From assembly GCF_000981445.1 (NCBI RefSeq), contig NC_027217.1, forward strand, positions 930,001 through 994,000: a stretch of DNA of 64,000 bases, given 5' to 3'. A program made the position numbers and the translations under genes. The notes beneath the pieces are model-generated. The model was not told where the DNA came from. It made no database searches and was given only the letters and a program-made list of their open reading frames with translations. Below, piece after piece: positions 24,787 to 36,018 of the stretch. The stretch's first letter is position 1. Every line of letters begins with the position of its first letter. This stretch comes from Babesia bigemina (Eukaryota).

Positions 24787-25773
24787 ATGGTATTCCACTC
24801 GCTTACCGACGCACCCCGCGATTTCAGGGAGGGAATCGACTGGTTGGTGGCGCTGAAGGGAACTGATTTCAAGAATAATTTGAAAGCTATCAGTGACGCA
24901 GTTTACAACTTTCTCGCAGACAAGCCGGTTGGCTCTAGCAAGTTGCCAATTTTCAAGTATGTTACGCTTATTACCAAAGAGTTCTTGGAACAAGATGGGC
25001 TTAAAGACCATAAACCCGTAAAACTGATGCTGACGAGATTCAATAGCCCTAAGGATGAAAAACCCAATGTCTGTGCAATGTTACTTAAAGCTGACGGCGA
25101 TAGAGATCATACGCAGATCGCAGATGAGTGGCGTCTCAATGCTAAAAATATTGCAGAGAACTTAGCTAAAACTGTGAATGGCTGTGAGAAGTTCTTGCAA
25201 AATGTGAGAATCCCTCACCAGTATGAATCTGCTTACAGCTCAGAAGCGACGTGGGAGAAATCATGTTCCGAAAAGCCGGAAGATTGTGCAGCTGTCTTCG
25301 TGGGTATTGCGCCAATGCTGTACACTGGGTTGATGTCTTTGTTGCATTCGACCGACGATTCTCTCTTTAGATTGGCACCGGATATGGCGAAAAAGAAGTT
25401 GGAAACTTTATTGAACACTTTGCGTTATGTGAAGCCGGAATGCCGCGCTATCATGGGCCCTTCAGACGTAGCCCAAGTGTTGAGCGTTGTGGACCACGAT
25501 GCGTTGGCAACGCTTGGCGAACTTTCCAATTTTTGGACATACCACGGATTAGACAGTGCAGGAGTTGCAGAAGCTCTTAAGTACTACCATAGCAAATATG
25601 GATCCTATCCAATAACTGGAGGTGACAATGGCGTTAACATGGGTTTGGTAAATGCCTGGAATTCCAAGCTGGCTAAGAAGCCTGCCAAAACAGGCAATGC
25701 ACTCGGATCGGACAACATTTATTATCCTGGTGTGCCCACAGTGGCTAATCTAAACGCTGCCAGCCCCATTTAA
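24787..25773 (+). CDS. Short ves-like (VESA1 N-terminus-related) protein, copy 1
   Basis: Hallmarks SLTDAPRDFREGIDWLVALKG and YESAYSSEATWEKSC...PEDCAAVFVGIAPMLYTGL. Intronless, 328 aa, no C-terminal TM. Confidence 0.85.
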   Translation: MVFHSLTDAPRDFREGIDWLVALKGTDFKNNLKAISDAVYNFLADKPVGSSKLPIFKYVTLITKEFLEQDGLKDHKPVKLMLTRFNSPKDEKPNVCAMLLKADGDRDHTQIADEWRLNAKNIAENLAKTVNGCEKFLQNVRIPHQYESAYSSEATWEKSCSEKPEDCAAVFVGIAPMLYTGLMSLLHSTDDSLFRLAPDMAKKKLETLLNTLRYVKPECRAIMGPSDVAQVLSVVDHDALATLGELSNFWTYHGLDSAGVAEALKYYHSKYGSYPITGGDNGVNMGLVNAWNSKLAKKPAKTGNALGSDNIYYPGVPTVANLNAASPI

Positions 25774-25782
25774 TAGGCGTTT

Positions 25783-26348
25783 TGTTTATTCATGTAGCTA
25801 GGGAGTTATTCTTTCAATAAGTTTGTTAATTATACGTTGATGTCTACTCCTCCATTGTAGTGTCTACAGCCCATTGTCAAGATGATAACCGATCTACCTA
25901 GTAAACAACCTTGTACATATCGTATTAAAAATGTAGTCAGCGTATTAGTGGCCGAGATGTAGGAATAACTGCTGTGACCCCGTCATCCCGGAAAGCGCTA
26001 GAAATGTTTGATACTCCATCTGGGTTTTTGAGGAGTGCAATCGCCAACGTGCCAATTGCAATTATCAACCAAGACATTTTTCAGGGACACATAGATACAC
26101 ATGTCAAGTGGGAGGACCTGATGGAGATGGATTTCAACTGTAGGACTTTTCAATTTGTTGTCCTATGTGATCAGTGACATTAAATCCAGCTAAGCTTATT
26201 GTTCCGTGAACAACCCTCTACCCCAAACCTGATGGACGCCCGCATGGATGACACCAGTGACGATCGGCAACGGACCGAGGTGGAGCCCGCAACAGGTATC
26301 AGCGTGAGGCGGCAGAAACGCAAAATCGAAAAGCGGCCCTAGGCACGT
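25783..26348 (+). repeat. Dispersed direct repeat B, copy 1 (~0.57 kb, 3' flank of ves-like gene)
   Basis: Aligns with 62018-62583. The core 25811-26312 differs at only two positions by manual comparison. Confidence 0.97.
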
Positions 26349-26950
26349 CAGAATGCTGTAGATGTATGGCTGGCGAGAAATCTATTCACCATTTCGTGTT
26401 TACTCACACGTCTGCATCATCCAACATTCACCTATTTCTATAATTTCTTCGTTCACAACCCGAAACGTTCCACGTCATTGCCATCGTACCATTGTAAACG
26501 TACATTAGCTGTATGTGCCCCAATCAACATTTTGTAAGAGACGAGACATGTCAATGTAGATGCAATATGCCTTTCGAAGAAAGGAAACTGGCCATGGCCA
26601 CACGCAGCCAATTGTAACAATGTCAATGGTGAAACATTCCTCCTATTTTCTATCTAATCATTTCAACGCATTTTACTTTACGCCTACGCACCACGACTAG
26701 AGGAAGCCACCGGTCTCTAAGGGATGCATAATGCGCCAATAACAAATTAAGGTTTCGTTCGCACGTACAATCGTTTATTAGATGAACATACATTGCCCTC
26801 AGTTTGTAGGATGGTGCAGACTAACGCTACAACAGCAGGTAATCTGTTGACCACCTAGTATTCACTCAATGTAATTAGAGAGATTCGATGCGATAGACAC
26901 AATTTGCGCAATCCCATATGGGCACATGGATTAAATTAAGGTGTGAAATT

Positions 26951-27490
26951 TCACATGAAGGGATGAGAATTGCGTATTGCTCTGTCCACCTTCTCATAAA
27001 GATCGGTATAGTTGAGCTTTTCATTCCTGTCCGGCACAAGTTTTGTTAGCCGCTGCAGAAGATCTTTTGGCGGTTTCGTTACCAGCACCACGCATGTCGG
27101 CCGTTTTGACTGGCATACTTGCGACATGACCCGTTTGGAGGAAACATAGGCATAGGCTACACTTGCGTCCTCGCACATGATCGGTAAGTGAGCCACTACA
27201 TCAATTGGATGCACGTCACAGGCAACTAGAACCACCCCTTGGATTCCTTTTCTTATGGCCTTTGTGACGTCCTGGACGCCGCGCTTCACGAGCCGTGTGA
27301 GAATCGTATCAGCCTCTCCCTCCTCTTCCAAACGTTTTGCTTTTGCGAGTTTCTCGAGTGCAAGTGCCCTTTTCACCAGTTTCAAAGACCGTTTCAACGT
27401 CTTCCCACGTAGAAGCGGATTTGCTATCGGCGATATGTGCACAGGTTCCTCTGCGCTGGAATCCATGACGACGTCCTCAGTGTCGCTCAT
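26951..27490 (-). CDS. NHP2: L7Ae-family protein, H/ACA snoRNP subunit NHP2-like
   Basis: ISPIANPL, KRGVQDVTKAIRKG, VLVACDVHPIDVVAHLPIMCED, SKRPTCVVLV. Confidence 0.85.
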   Translation of the reverse strand: MSDTEDVVMDSSAEEPVHISPIANPLLRGKTLKRSLKLVKRALALEKLAKAKRLEEEGEADTILTRLVKRGVQDVTKAIRKGIQGVVLVACDVHPIDVVAHLPIMCEDASVAYAYVSSKRVMSQVCQSKRPTCVVLVTKPPKDLLQRLTKLVPDRNEKLNYTDLYEKVDRAIRNSHPFM

Positions 27491-28056
27491 CTTAACGAAC
27501 CTGTCGAAGTTGCGTTTGCTGGTTGGGCGCAGACACGTACGCCTACGATACACACCGGTATCGTCTGTCTATAGATTATTTATATGCTTGCTTGCCCGCG
27601 ATACAGCCATTACGGATATGCGCCAACTCCCGTTTTAGCAGCGCGGAAACAACGCCATTGGTATTCCTAACCAAACACCAAACGTAGATGTTGACACACT
27701 TTTGGCGAATTATACGATCCTCGAAATTATACTGCCCTACGGCCTTGTGAAATATTAGATGACGCTTCCGAAGACAAGATGCAACTCTGGTATATATATA
27801 AAGCGCGCCACCAAAAACACGCAGGGCTTGGCAAATATAATACTCAACCCAATCACGCGGAAGTTTTGTTCAAATAATAAGCTAAACTATAACTCGTGCT
27901 TGTTAGGCGCGGGGGAGCGGCTGACACGGTCGCGCGCCAGGTCTAATCTGGTAAAACAGTAAAAATGCTGACGTATATACTCATTCGGGCCACCAGCTAG
28001 CAGGAAACGTGGGAATTTTACGTCGTTTGCTAGATACTGGTAAGGAAGATTAAGCG

Positions 28057-28710
28057 ATGACTCTGTACGCAAATGCTGCCGCGGCGCGGAGAATGCTCCG
28101 CAGGTTCCACAGGGCAATGGACCTGGAAAACATTAACCGCCAATCTGGCGTAATACATCGAAGATGCATATGTCTATCCAGCGGTCACATGCCCGGACTA
28201 CAACCGCAGTTGCAGGTTAATCTGCCATCGTCCTTTAAGACGTTAAATTCGGTGAACCAAAAGGCTGCGGGTTTTTCAAGCCAAACCTCAGAGGTCTCCT
28301 CCACATTAGAGCAGGTACTTGCCGCTGTCTGTTCTGCATGCCGTTTGTAGGAGGTTGAGACAAAATTGAGAGATCTGATTCGGCGGGAGCGGGTGCTGTT
28401 GTTACTGAAAGGGACACCCGAGGACCCTCGTTGTGGATTTAGCGCCGCAGTAAGCAATTTTCGACGGTATTGTTATAAGTCAATGTAGGTCGTCAACATT
28501 CTCGACAAGTACACCACGGTGGACTATGCGTACGTGGATGTGCTCTCGCATGAGTACCTGCGGCCCTGCGCCAAAAAAATAGCAGATTGGCCAACGTTTC
28601 CACAGCTTTTCGTCGATGGACGTTTGGTAGGTGGGTGCGACGTCATCCAATCACTGCACGAGTCCGGCTCGCTAGCGGAGATTCTGATCCGCGGCGAGCG
28701 CGAGGTGTAG
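28057..28710 (+). CDS. GRX5: Monothiol CGFS glutaredoxin (Grx5-like) with probable mitochondrial leader, 3 exons
   Basis: VLLLLKGTPEDPRCGFS and DWPTFPQLFVDGRLVGGCD. Arg/Ala-rich N-terminus. Introns ~28315-28350 and ~28450-28488. Confidence 0.88.
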
Positions 28711-29400
28711 ATGTGTAACCGCCGTTTGTGACGTAGAACACGACACACTAATTCGTACTGCACCAAAGGGGCCCTTTCAAGGTGTATGATGCCCTAACTA
28801 TGCAGATGGCTCTGCTGGCCGCATGCACCTCGCCCGTGGTATGTGTTCATCTGATCGGCGGCCGACCCCCCGCAGCAGCAGTGAACAAAATCCACCCTGC
28901 GACGCACCTGGCGACGTAGCGTCCTTCGATGCAATTAACACTGTTATTTAGAGCATCTCATGTTGTACTTACCACGTCGGCTTCTGTCAAGACGCCCCCG
29001 CCAAAGCAGTGAGGTATGTGGCGGCTCCCGGGGTACAGCGCGCAAAGGTGTGTAAGCCGTCACTACGTAAAATCCCATATTTCAATTGGCGATATTACAG
29101 ACGCATTGTGATACATACTGCGCGGAAATTTCGTTACACCGTCCCATAATTATATCGGATGGATCTGGGGATGCAAGCTGTGTTTTCGCTCGCCGATGTG
29201 GTTAAAGTCCTCCTTAATCCCGTCATATAACGCGAAATCGATTGTATTGACAGGTGTGTTGAAAAGTCATCAATATATCCTAGGTTGGTTCGGTCTGGAT
29301 GTGTAGATTGAGAGGGAGGGTTCGGATTCCGGGGCGAATCGCGCGAAAAGCGCACCGATCGGATTAAAAAACGGTGTTACATCAAATGTAGTGGATATCA

Positions 29401-32202
29401 ATGGCGCCGACGGGGTCTTTCTTGTTATCACGTGCCGAGGTTTTGGGTGTGTATGGCGACACCTTCTACAACCGCGTCACCTTGGTAAACAACGTCACAC
29501 CGCTGACAAAAAGCCGTTGTTGGGTGCACCAAACCGCTAGCGACATACGTGGTTTCGATGTTGCAGAAAGCGCGGAGTGCGTATGCGGCTTCCACCGCCA
29601 GGGATATGGCTCGTGTGCGCAACGGCAGTATGTGGTAGGCCGCCTTCGACACATGTGGGACCGACGTTCCAATGATGAACGTACCGGGCTTGTTTGCTTC
29701 GGCAATACGCGATGCGTGGCTTTAATGGCTAACGATGGAGTGTATCTGTTCAGCAGTATGCAAATGTGCGATGCTGGCAGCGCATTTACCAATACCAACG
29801 CGTCGAAGGTCTCACTTGCACACACACACACGACGAAGGACGGCAACATTGTATGCGCCGACTGCCGAAACGCTGCAGCATCAAGCGTACCAACATTTAA
29901 GGATGTCGTAGGAGCTATGAAAGGATTGCTTCAAAGAGGGGAATCTTTAAGTGCAGGGCTCACGTTGATGCAAAAGTTTACGGCAGGACGAGAGGGTTAC
30001 GGTTCAGATTCCAACATTTATCATGCACTGGAAAGGGCACAGGATGCAGCGAGGGCAGTTGGTGTTTTGGAAGGTTTAATACCGACCGATGACCGACCTG
30101 GCTCTTTTGAGTTGGGTGTTGATTCAAGTCTCATAGCAAGTTGCAATGATTTGGCGGAATCTCTCATAGCAAAGTGCCAGAAAGAACTCGTCGCAGTATG
30201 TTCATCGTTAGTAGGTCATATAAACGCTTACTGCCAGCCGCCGCTCATTGTTAAATTCCGATGGCTACGACACTACATGGCGCTGGAGTACCGTGTGGAG
30301 TACACTGCGGACTTGTCAAACTGTTTTTTTGATGCCATTTCCGGACGCTACGTTCCCGATGTATCTCAGGAAAACGTTGTTCTACATGAGATAGTACAGT
30401 GCAGTCAAGTGTCGCTCATTAGTGTTGAAACGTGCTTCCGCTTGGCACTCGGACGGATGGGTGATTATTTGATGTCAAGAAAATTATTTAAAGCGAAAAC
30501 AGAATCCGCCGTGACTACACCAATCGCCGTTGACGCACCGTCCTACACCTCCGCCGACGTCACCCCATTTTGGTGGAACTACTACAGCTTCTCCAACACA
30601 CTGGGCGAAGGAGAAAGTGCCGTTGAAAATTACACCGTTAAAAGGTTAACCAGATCGCAGATTTTGAAGGCCCACGAAGATGGTGCGTCCACACCCGTCG
30701 CGCGCAAGTCACGAAACAGCCTAGAGGAGCATTTAGTAAGCACACACTGCGTATCCTCGGATAATTTAGCGCAATCCTGCGGGACGACTTTTGAGGCTCC
30801 TACAAATAACCGCAAGGAAACACGTGACCTTCGCAGCGGTGAGGGTTCAAATTATTCGCTCAATTGCAAGGCCACGCCCACCCTTTCGAATCGTACGCTG
30901 AAGAATGCTCTAAACGACGAAAGTGTAGGCACGGTACGAACAAACAAAGCCTTTCTTTGCTTTTGTTTCAAATGTTTAGATGCAGTGTCGAATTTCGGGA
31001 GACACTTTGGAACTCGTGACTTCAAACAAGAGAATCGCCTTTGTAGCGTTGTTTTGGGAGATCCCGTAAAAACTAACGTTTTAGGTCATGTTTATAATGG
31101 CCGCCAGGTGGAACACTGGGACGACTACAAGACTACAAGCGTACTCAGGCGATCTATTCGGGCAGCTGTTGAGGCCAGTTGCTCTTTAGGGCGTGCTATA
31201 GTGAGTGACCAGCGACATTCGAAGGCCGCCATTGGTCACTCAATTAAGATACTCAACACGGCCTTACTTTCTTCGTTGCGTTTGGGGGATTTTATATACA
31301 CATCAAGAAACGCAATGGAAGTGCACATCGGGCAGCAGGAGGACTCCGTAAAGGAGTACTACGACTCTGGCGAGGCCATGGAAGATGACGGTTCCGATGA
31401 CTCGTGTTCTTCGGAATCCACGCTGCGTGATATCATCAGCAATTCGTTTGTGGTTGGCAACAGCGTTTTCAGCGGCCTCTACAGCACTTTTGAGAACGAC
31501 CAGTACATTCAGCACGATTTGGACGAGGCGGATGAAGCTCAGATGCACGGCACCCCGACTGTGATTCATCGTAGTCCGCGCCGCAAGGACACCAGCCCAT
31601 CACAGAGACGGTCTATAAGCAATGCACAACACTCCAGCATTGATTCTTCCGTGGAAGTCAACGTTCGCCAGAGCCGCAAAAACGCCCGCGACATGGCGAA
31701 CAGTGAGGTATACATCTATGACCTCAGCGAGCGTAACGATGCGCTTTCGGAATCAGCAGTTGAGGACTGGTACGAGAGTGATGGCAGCGTTCGTGGTTCT
31801 CGTAGGCAACGACATAAACAGAGCACGAGCTCTCTGACCGAGATTTATGGCAACGACGAGGCCCTCATTCCTATGGGTCCGCTACCTATAGGCGTATACT
31901 TCGACGCCAGTCGCAAGCTTTGGCGCTGCCAGTGGCGCGAGAATGGAAAGTTCCGCACCAAAGGGTTTAGTTTAGGTCACTACTCCTCACTGTGCGAGGC
32001 ACGCCGGGCGTGCATTCTCTTCCGTTGCCAAGTGGGCAACATGCCTGTGCAGCCGGAATGGCTTAACCCAAACTACGTCCAAGTCTCGCAATTGCTCTCG
32101 AAGCGCTCTACGACAACCAACAACAATACGTCTACTCCTAAAAAGTCCAAGCGGAAGCGCAAGGCCCACGCTGGGGCATTAGAGGTCGACCCGGTCAAAT
32201 GA
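29401..32202 (+). CDS. ApiAP2 transcription factor (single C-terminal AP2 domain)
   Basis: LPIGVYFDASRKLWRCQWRENGKFRTKGFSLGHYSSLCEARRACILFR is an AP2 domain. A basic NLS-like stretch PKKSKRKRK follows. Confidence 0.88.
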   Translation: MAPTGSFLLSRAEVLGVYGDTFYNRVTLVNNVTPLTKSRCWVHQTASDIRGFDVAESAECVCGFHRQGYGSCAQRQYVVGRLRHMWDRRSNDERTGLVCFGNTRCVALMANDGVYLFSSMQMCDAGSAFTNTNASKVSLAHTHTTKDGNIVCADCRNAAASSVPTFKDVVGAMKGLLQRGESLSAGLTLMQKFTAGREGYGSDSNIYHALERAQDAARAVGVLEGLIPTDDRPGSFELGVDSSLIASCNDLAESLIAKCQKELVAVCSSLVGHINAYCQPPLIVKFRWLRHYMALEYRVEYTADLSNCFFDAISGRYVPDVSQENVVLHEIVQCSQVSLISVETCFRLALGRMGDYLMSRKLFKAKTESAVTTPIAVDAPSYTSADVTPFWWNYYSFSNTLGEGESAVENYTVKRLTRSQILKAHEDGASTPVARKSRNSLEEHLVSTHCVSSDNLAQSCGTTFEAPTNNRKETRDLRSGEGSNYSLNCKATPTLSNRTLKNALNDESVGTVRTNKAFLCFCFKCLDAVSNFGRHFGTRDFKQENRLCSVVLGDPVKTNVLGHVYNGRQVEHWDDYKTTSVLRRSIRAAVEASCSLGRAIVSDQRHSKAAIGHSIKILNTALLSSLRLGDFIYTSRNAMEVHIGQQEDSVKEYYDSGEAMEDDGSDDSCSSESTLRDIISNSFVVGNSVFSGLYSTFENDQYIQHDLDEADEAQMHGTPTVIHRSPRRKDTSPSQRRSISNAQHSSIDSSVEVNVRQSRKNARDMANSEVYIYDLSERNDALSESAVEDWYESDGSVRGSRRQRHKQSTSSLTEIYGNDEALIPMGPLPIGVYFDASRKLWRCQWRENGKFRTKGFSLGHYSSLCEARRACILFRCQVGNMPVQPEWLNPNYVQVSQLLSKRSTTTNNNTSTPKKSKRKRKAHAGALEVDPVK

Positions 32203-32212
32203 CTTGGTTTCA

Positions 32213-32228
32213 ATATATATATATATAT
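32213..32228. repeat. (AT)8 microsatellite just after the ApiAP2 stop codon
   Basis: ATATATATATATATAT seen directly. Confidence 0.8.
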
Positions 32229-32501
32229 AACAGAATTATTTTATGACCCCGTTTTCACGTGGCATTATGTGAGTGCTGGCTTGCATTGTGTTTGTGTTTG
32301 GCCCAACGTATCTCGCGAACGCCTAGTCGAGCCGCGTTGACCGGTATGGGTGTGCTATTGGTGCCCTTCGGGGCCGCATTGAGCGGGTGGCGCCACTGGC
32401 ACGTTTCCGTCGGTAATCACGCAACGTTTGGCTGTGTGCCACCGTAGTGTTATCGAATTACTTGCTTTATGCGCGAGTTTTGTCGCTAGGTTATATGGGC
32501 T

Positions 32502-35500
32502 CTATTCGCGTGATACCTCTATCTTCAGGCCCCCGTCGTATTTCACCCTCACCACGTCGTTCTCCCGACACGTGTCGTCCAGTAAGTCCTTTGCGATCCT
32601 AGATTCCAGCTCCCGCTGGATGGTGCGCCGGATAGGCCGGGCGCCGTACGCTGGGTCGTAACCCAACTCTGCGATGTGGAGAATGGCCTCGTTGTCAACG
32701 GCCAGCTTTATGTTTTTCTCGGCTAGGCGGTCTGCTAGCTTTCCAAGTTCAATGTCGACGATAGATTTCAGCTCTTCCTTTGAGAGCGCATTGAACACAA
32801 CAAATTCGTCCATACGGTTGAGGAACTCGGGGGAGAAGGTCTGCCTAACCGCCTGCATCACCTTGTTTTTGATTTCGGCTTTCTTGTCAGGGGTCTTGGC
32901 CAGCTCCAGAATGTTTTGGCTGCCAAGGTTCGACGTGAAAATGATAAGGCAGTTGGTGAAATTAACCTTCCGTCCCGTCGCGTCGGTCAGCCTCCCATCG
33001 TCCAGCAGCTGCAGCATGATGTTGAATACGTCGGGATGCGCCTTCTCGATTTCGTCGAACAGGACGACAGAGTATGGCCTTCTGCGAACAGCATCTGTCA
33101 GCAATCCGCCTTTCTCGTATCCTACGTATCCCGGGGGCGCACCTAGCAGTTTAGACACAGTGTGCTTTTCCATATATTCTGACATGTCAAACCGAATAAT
33201 CGACTCGTCGGTGTCGAACAATTGCTCCGCAACCGCCTTGCACAGTTCAGTCTTCCCCACACCCGTGGGGCCGAGGAACATGAAGCTGGCAATGGGCCGC
33301 TTGGGGTCGCTCATGCCCACACGGGAACGCTGGATCGCTTTAGTCACTATGTCAATGGCTTCATCTTGACCTTTGACTCTCTTGCGGAGCTCGGTCGCCA
33401 GATGCAGCATCTTCTCACGCTGCGACCTCACAAGGCGTTCAACGGGAATGCCAGTCCACCGAGAGACAACGCTGGCGACGTCTTCGCGAGAGACCTCATC
33501 ACGCAGCATCAACTGGCCGCCTGTTGACAGCACATTCTTGGCGTGAGCTTCATATGCCTCCACGGCTTGCACAAGCTGCTTGTCCAGATCGGGCAGCGTC
33601 TCGAATCTTAGTTCAGCGGCGCGGTTAAGATCGAACTCGCGCTCAGCCTTTTCGATTTCGACCTTTACAACATCTTGCCGTTCCTTGATGTTACGAATTG
33701 CATCCACGAGCCCCTTCTCTTGCAGCCACGCATTTGTTAGTGCCTCTTTCTCTGCCTGCAACTTTTCCACGGCCTTTTGGATGCGCTCAATCCTCCGATT
33801 TTCCGGTATGGACTTCTGCCGTGCGCTGTCCGGTAGAATCCCTACCGCGTTGCTTTGGGACTGGTCGCGCCCGCCATCATTGGATATAGAGATTCGTTCC
33901 ATCTCCAGCTGTAAGAGCTTACGCTCGATCGCATCGAGTTGGATTGGCTTGCTCGACAATTGAATTTTCAGTCTTGCCGCCGCCTCGTCCACGAGGTCAA
34001 TGGCCTTGTCCGGTAGGAAACGATCACTGCACAGTTGTCGGCGTTCCGCAGTAACAAACTAACGTTATGTATCGGTCGCTGAGCTGAGCAGCCTCGACAA
34101 GTGCAGAGTCCAAGATTCGCACTCCGTGGTGCACCTCGTAACGTTCCCTGAGACCGCGGAGGATACTGATGGTCTCCTCGACGCTTGGCTGATCTACGTA
34201 TACAGGTTGGAACCGACGCTCCAGAGCCTTGTCCTTTTCGATTCTCTTATACTCCTGCAGCGTTGTTGCGCCAATGCAACGCAGTTCCCCACGCGCAAGC
34301 ATAGGCTTCAGGATGTTTCCTGCGTCTAGCGCGCCTTGGCCGTCCCCTGCTCCCACCAAAGAGTGGATTTCGTCAATGAACATAATGATCTCGCCCTGTG
34401 ACTCCTGGACTTCCTTCAGGATAGCCTTCAGCCGCTCTTCGAACTCTCCGCGGTATTGGGTTCCAGCCACTATAGACGCCAGGTCGATCGATATGACACG
34501 TGTGTTCTTCAGAGAGTCGGGTACGTCACCCGACACTATTCGATTAGCTAAGCCCTCAGCAATCGCTGTTTTGCCAACACCCGGGTCGCCCAGTAAAATG
34601 GGATTGTTCTTTGTGCGCCGGCTGAGAATTTCCACGGTCCTGCGGATCTCGTTGTCTCGTCCAATGACTGGATCAAGTTTCCCGTTTTTCGCCATCAGGG
34701 TGAGGTCTTTGCTATACTTTTCCAGCGCCCCCAACGCCTGCGACATGATTAGAGACTATTTACAAGTGACACTGCTGTTATTTGGCTTAATATGAACGCT
34801 GTTGTCACTGCTCCGAGGTTGGTGTCTTGGACTGGGCAGGCTGCAGCCTCCCAATGATAAAAACCCATGAGCAGACAGCAATCCCACGGTGCTTACATTA
34901 CACATTGTTATCTGAGGGGTTGGGTCAGATTCGCCTTTTTTAATCATCGTGTCGCATGGCATTGAAATGCCAGCGCGATTGCATAAAATACAAACGTCAT
35001 CATGCCCCCTATGTCTACGTACCATTTCGGGATTTTTAGACGTCACTTTGCGTTTTCCTCGCACTGCCTCCACTGCCTTTTTGAGCTTCTCATACGTTAC
35101 CTTTTGTCGCGCTAACCAAGGCTTGGTAAACTTGGTATCCTCGCAAGCGAGTGCAAGAAGCAGGTGCTCGACGCTGATGAAGTGATCCTAGCCAGCATCA
35201 ACGGTTTACCACATCAAACTTACGTTGTACTCCGACTTGAACCTCCGCGTTACCGTCAACACATTCTGCAGCGTTCTCCCTAGAACCTTCTGGTCACCGA
35301 ATCCCGCCGACATGCGTGGTTGCTTTGAGAGGTGGACCTCGAGGTCCTCACGCATCTTGGAAACGTCAACACCGGCATGTTGCAGTATTTTGTGACACGT
35401 AGATTCCTCACCGAGATTGAGTAAGTTGAGCAGCAGCATGTCAGCTTCAACGAATGAGGATTTGTAGCGATTGGCCACATCGCCCAACGAGCTCACGGCC

Positions 35501-36018
35501 TCCCAGGCCTTGTCTGTGAAGTCCTCGGAATCAAGGGTGTGCCCGTTGCCATGCCCGATCATGTGCAAAGCCATGTCATGCTTGCTGTCTGCGCCAGCGT
35601 TGTACGGACTGCCGTGATCAGGTGACCCGGTCGCCAGCATGCCCAGAGCGGTAGGCGGCCTCTTGTGAGGGAAGCCCAGAAGGTTTGCGAGCCCATGCAA
35701 CAGCGCTGAGGTTACACGACTGCTAATATCTATATTGTTCTCCGCATTCCAGCCTGTTCCTCCCGCCGGCAGCATGCCCAATCTGAAGTCGTTGTCGAAA
35801 GCATGAGAGACGTAGCCCGAATCCTCGTGCGATGACTTCCTGTCACCATGAGAACCGAAAGGTCCCAGGAAGGAGTTGCGATCACCATGGTTACCGTGCC
35901 GGAATGCTTCCACCGCTCGTATCCGGAGCATTGCGCAAGCGGCAACCACGAACAGTGCGCACATTCCACTGGTAGACGCGCGCGCGGCTACGCATCGCGA
36001 TGGTCGCAGACGCTCCAT
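32502..36018 (-). CDS. clpB: ClpB/Hsp100 chaperone with bipartite leader (apicoplast ClpB1-like), 4 exons
   Basis: Two AAA modules ([16 protein letters not shown]), KLDPVIGRD, and a middle domain ([10 protein letters not shown]). N-terminal hydrophobic signal plus long extension. Introns ~35189-35224, 34738-35022 and ~34026-34063. Start Met uncertain (36030, 36018 or ~35964). Confidence 0.93.
34921..35008 (-). ncRNA. Putative intronic box C/D snoRNA/scaRNA
   Basis: On the host (minus) strand: GGGGC, box C ATGATGA (35003-34997), internal hairpin, C'-like ATGATTA, 12-nt guide AAAAAGGCGAAT, box D CTGA (34928-34925), then CCC. Lies inside a 285-nt intron. Confidence 0.7.

Noticed and set aside
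26232..26342. 36-codon ORF MDARMDDTSDD... within repeat B
   Set aside because: Truncated by TAG in copy 2; no homology recognised.
22250..26348. Cassette as a transposable element
   Set aside because: No transposase or reverse transcriptase ORF, terminal inverted repeats, LTRs or target-site duplication could be seen.
28786..28855. ATGATGC...CTGA C/D-like spacing (also at 26348-26420 on the minus strand)
   Set aside because: C box mismatch, no good terminal stem and no recognisable target.
32674..34795. Long antisense ORFs opposite clpB (and opposite PyKII and GCN1)
   Set aside because: Expected shadows of GC-rich codon usage on the coding strand.
34845..34922. Plus-strand C/D-like pattern (ATGATAA...CTGA) in the clpB intron
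   Set aside because: It is antisense to the host gene, has an imperfect C box, and shows only ~8 nt of possible rRNA complementarity.
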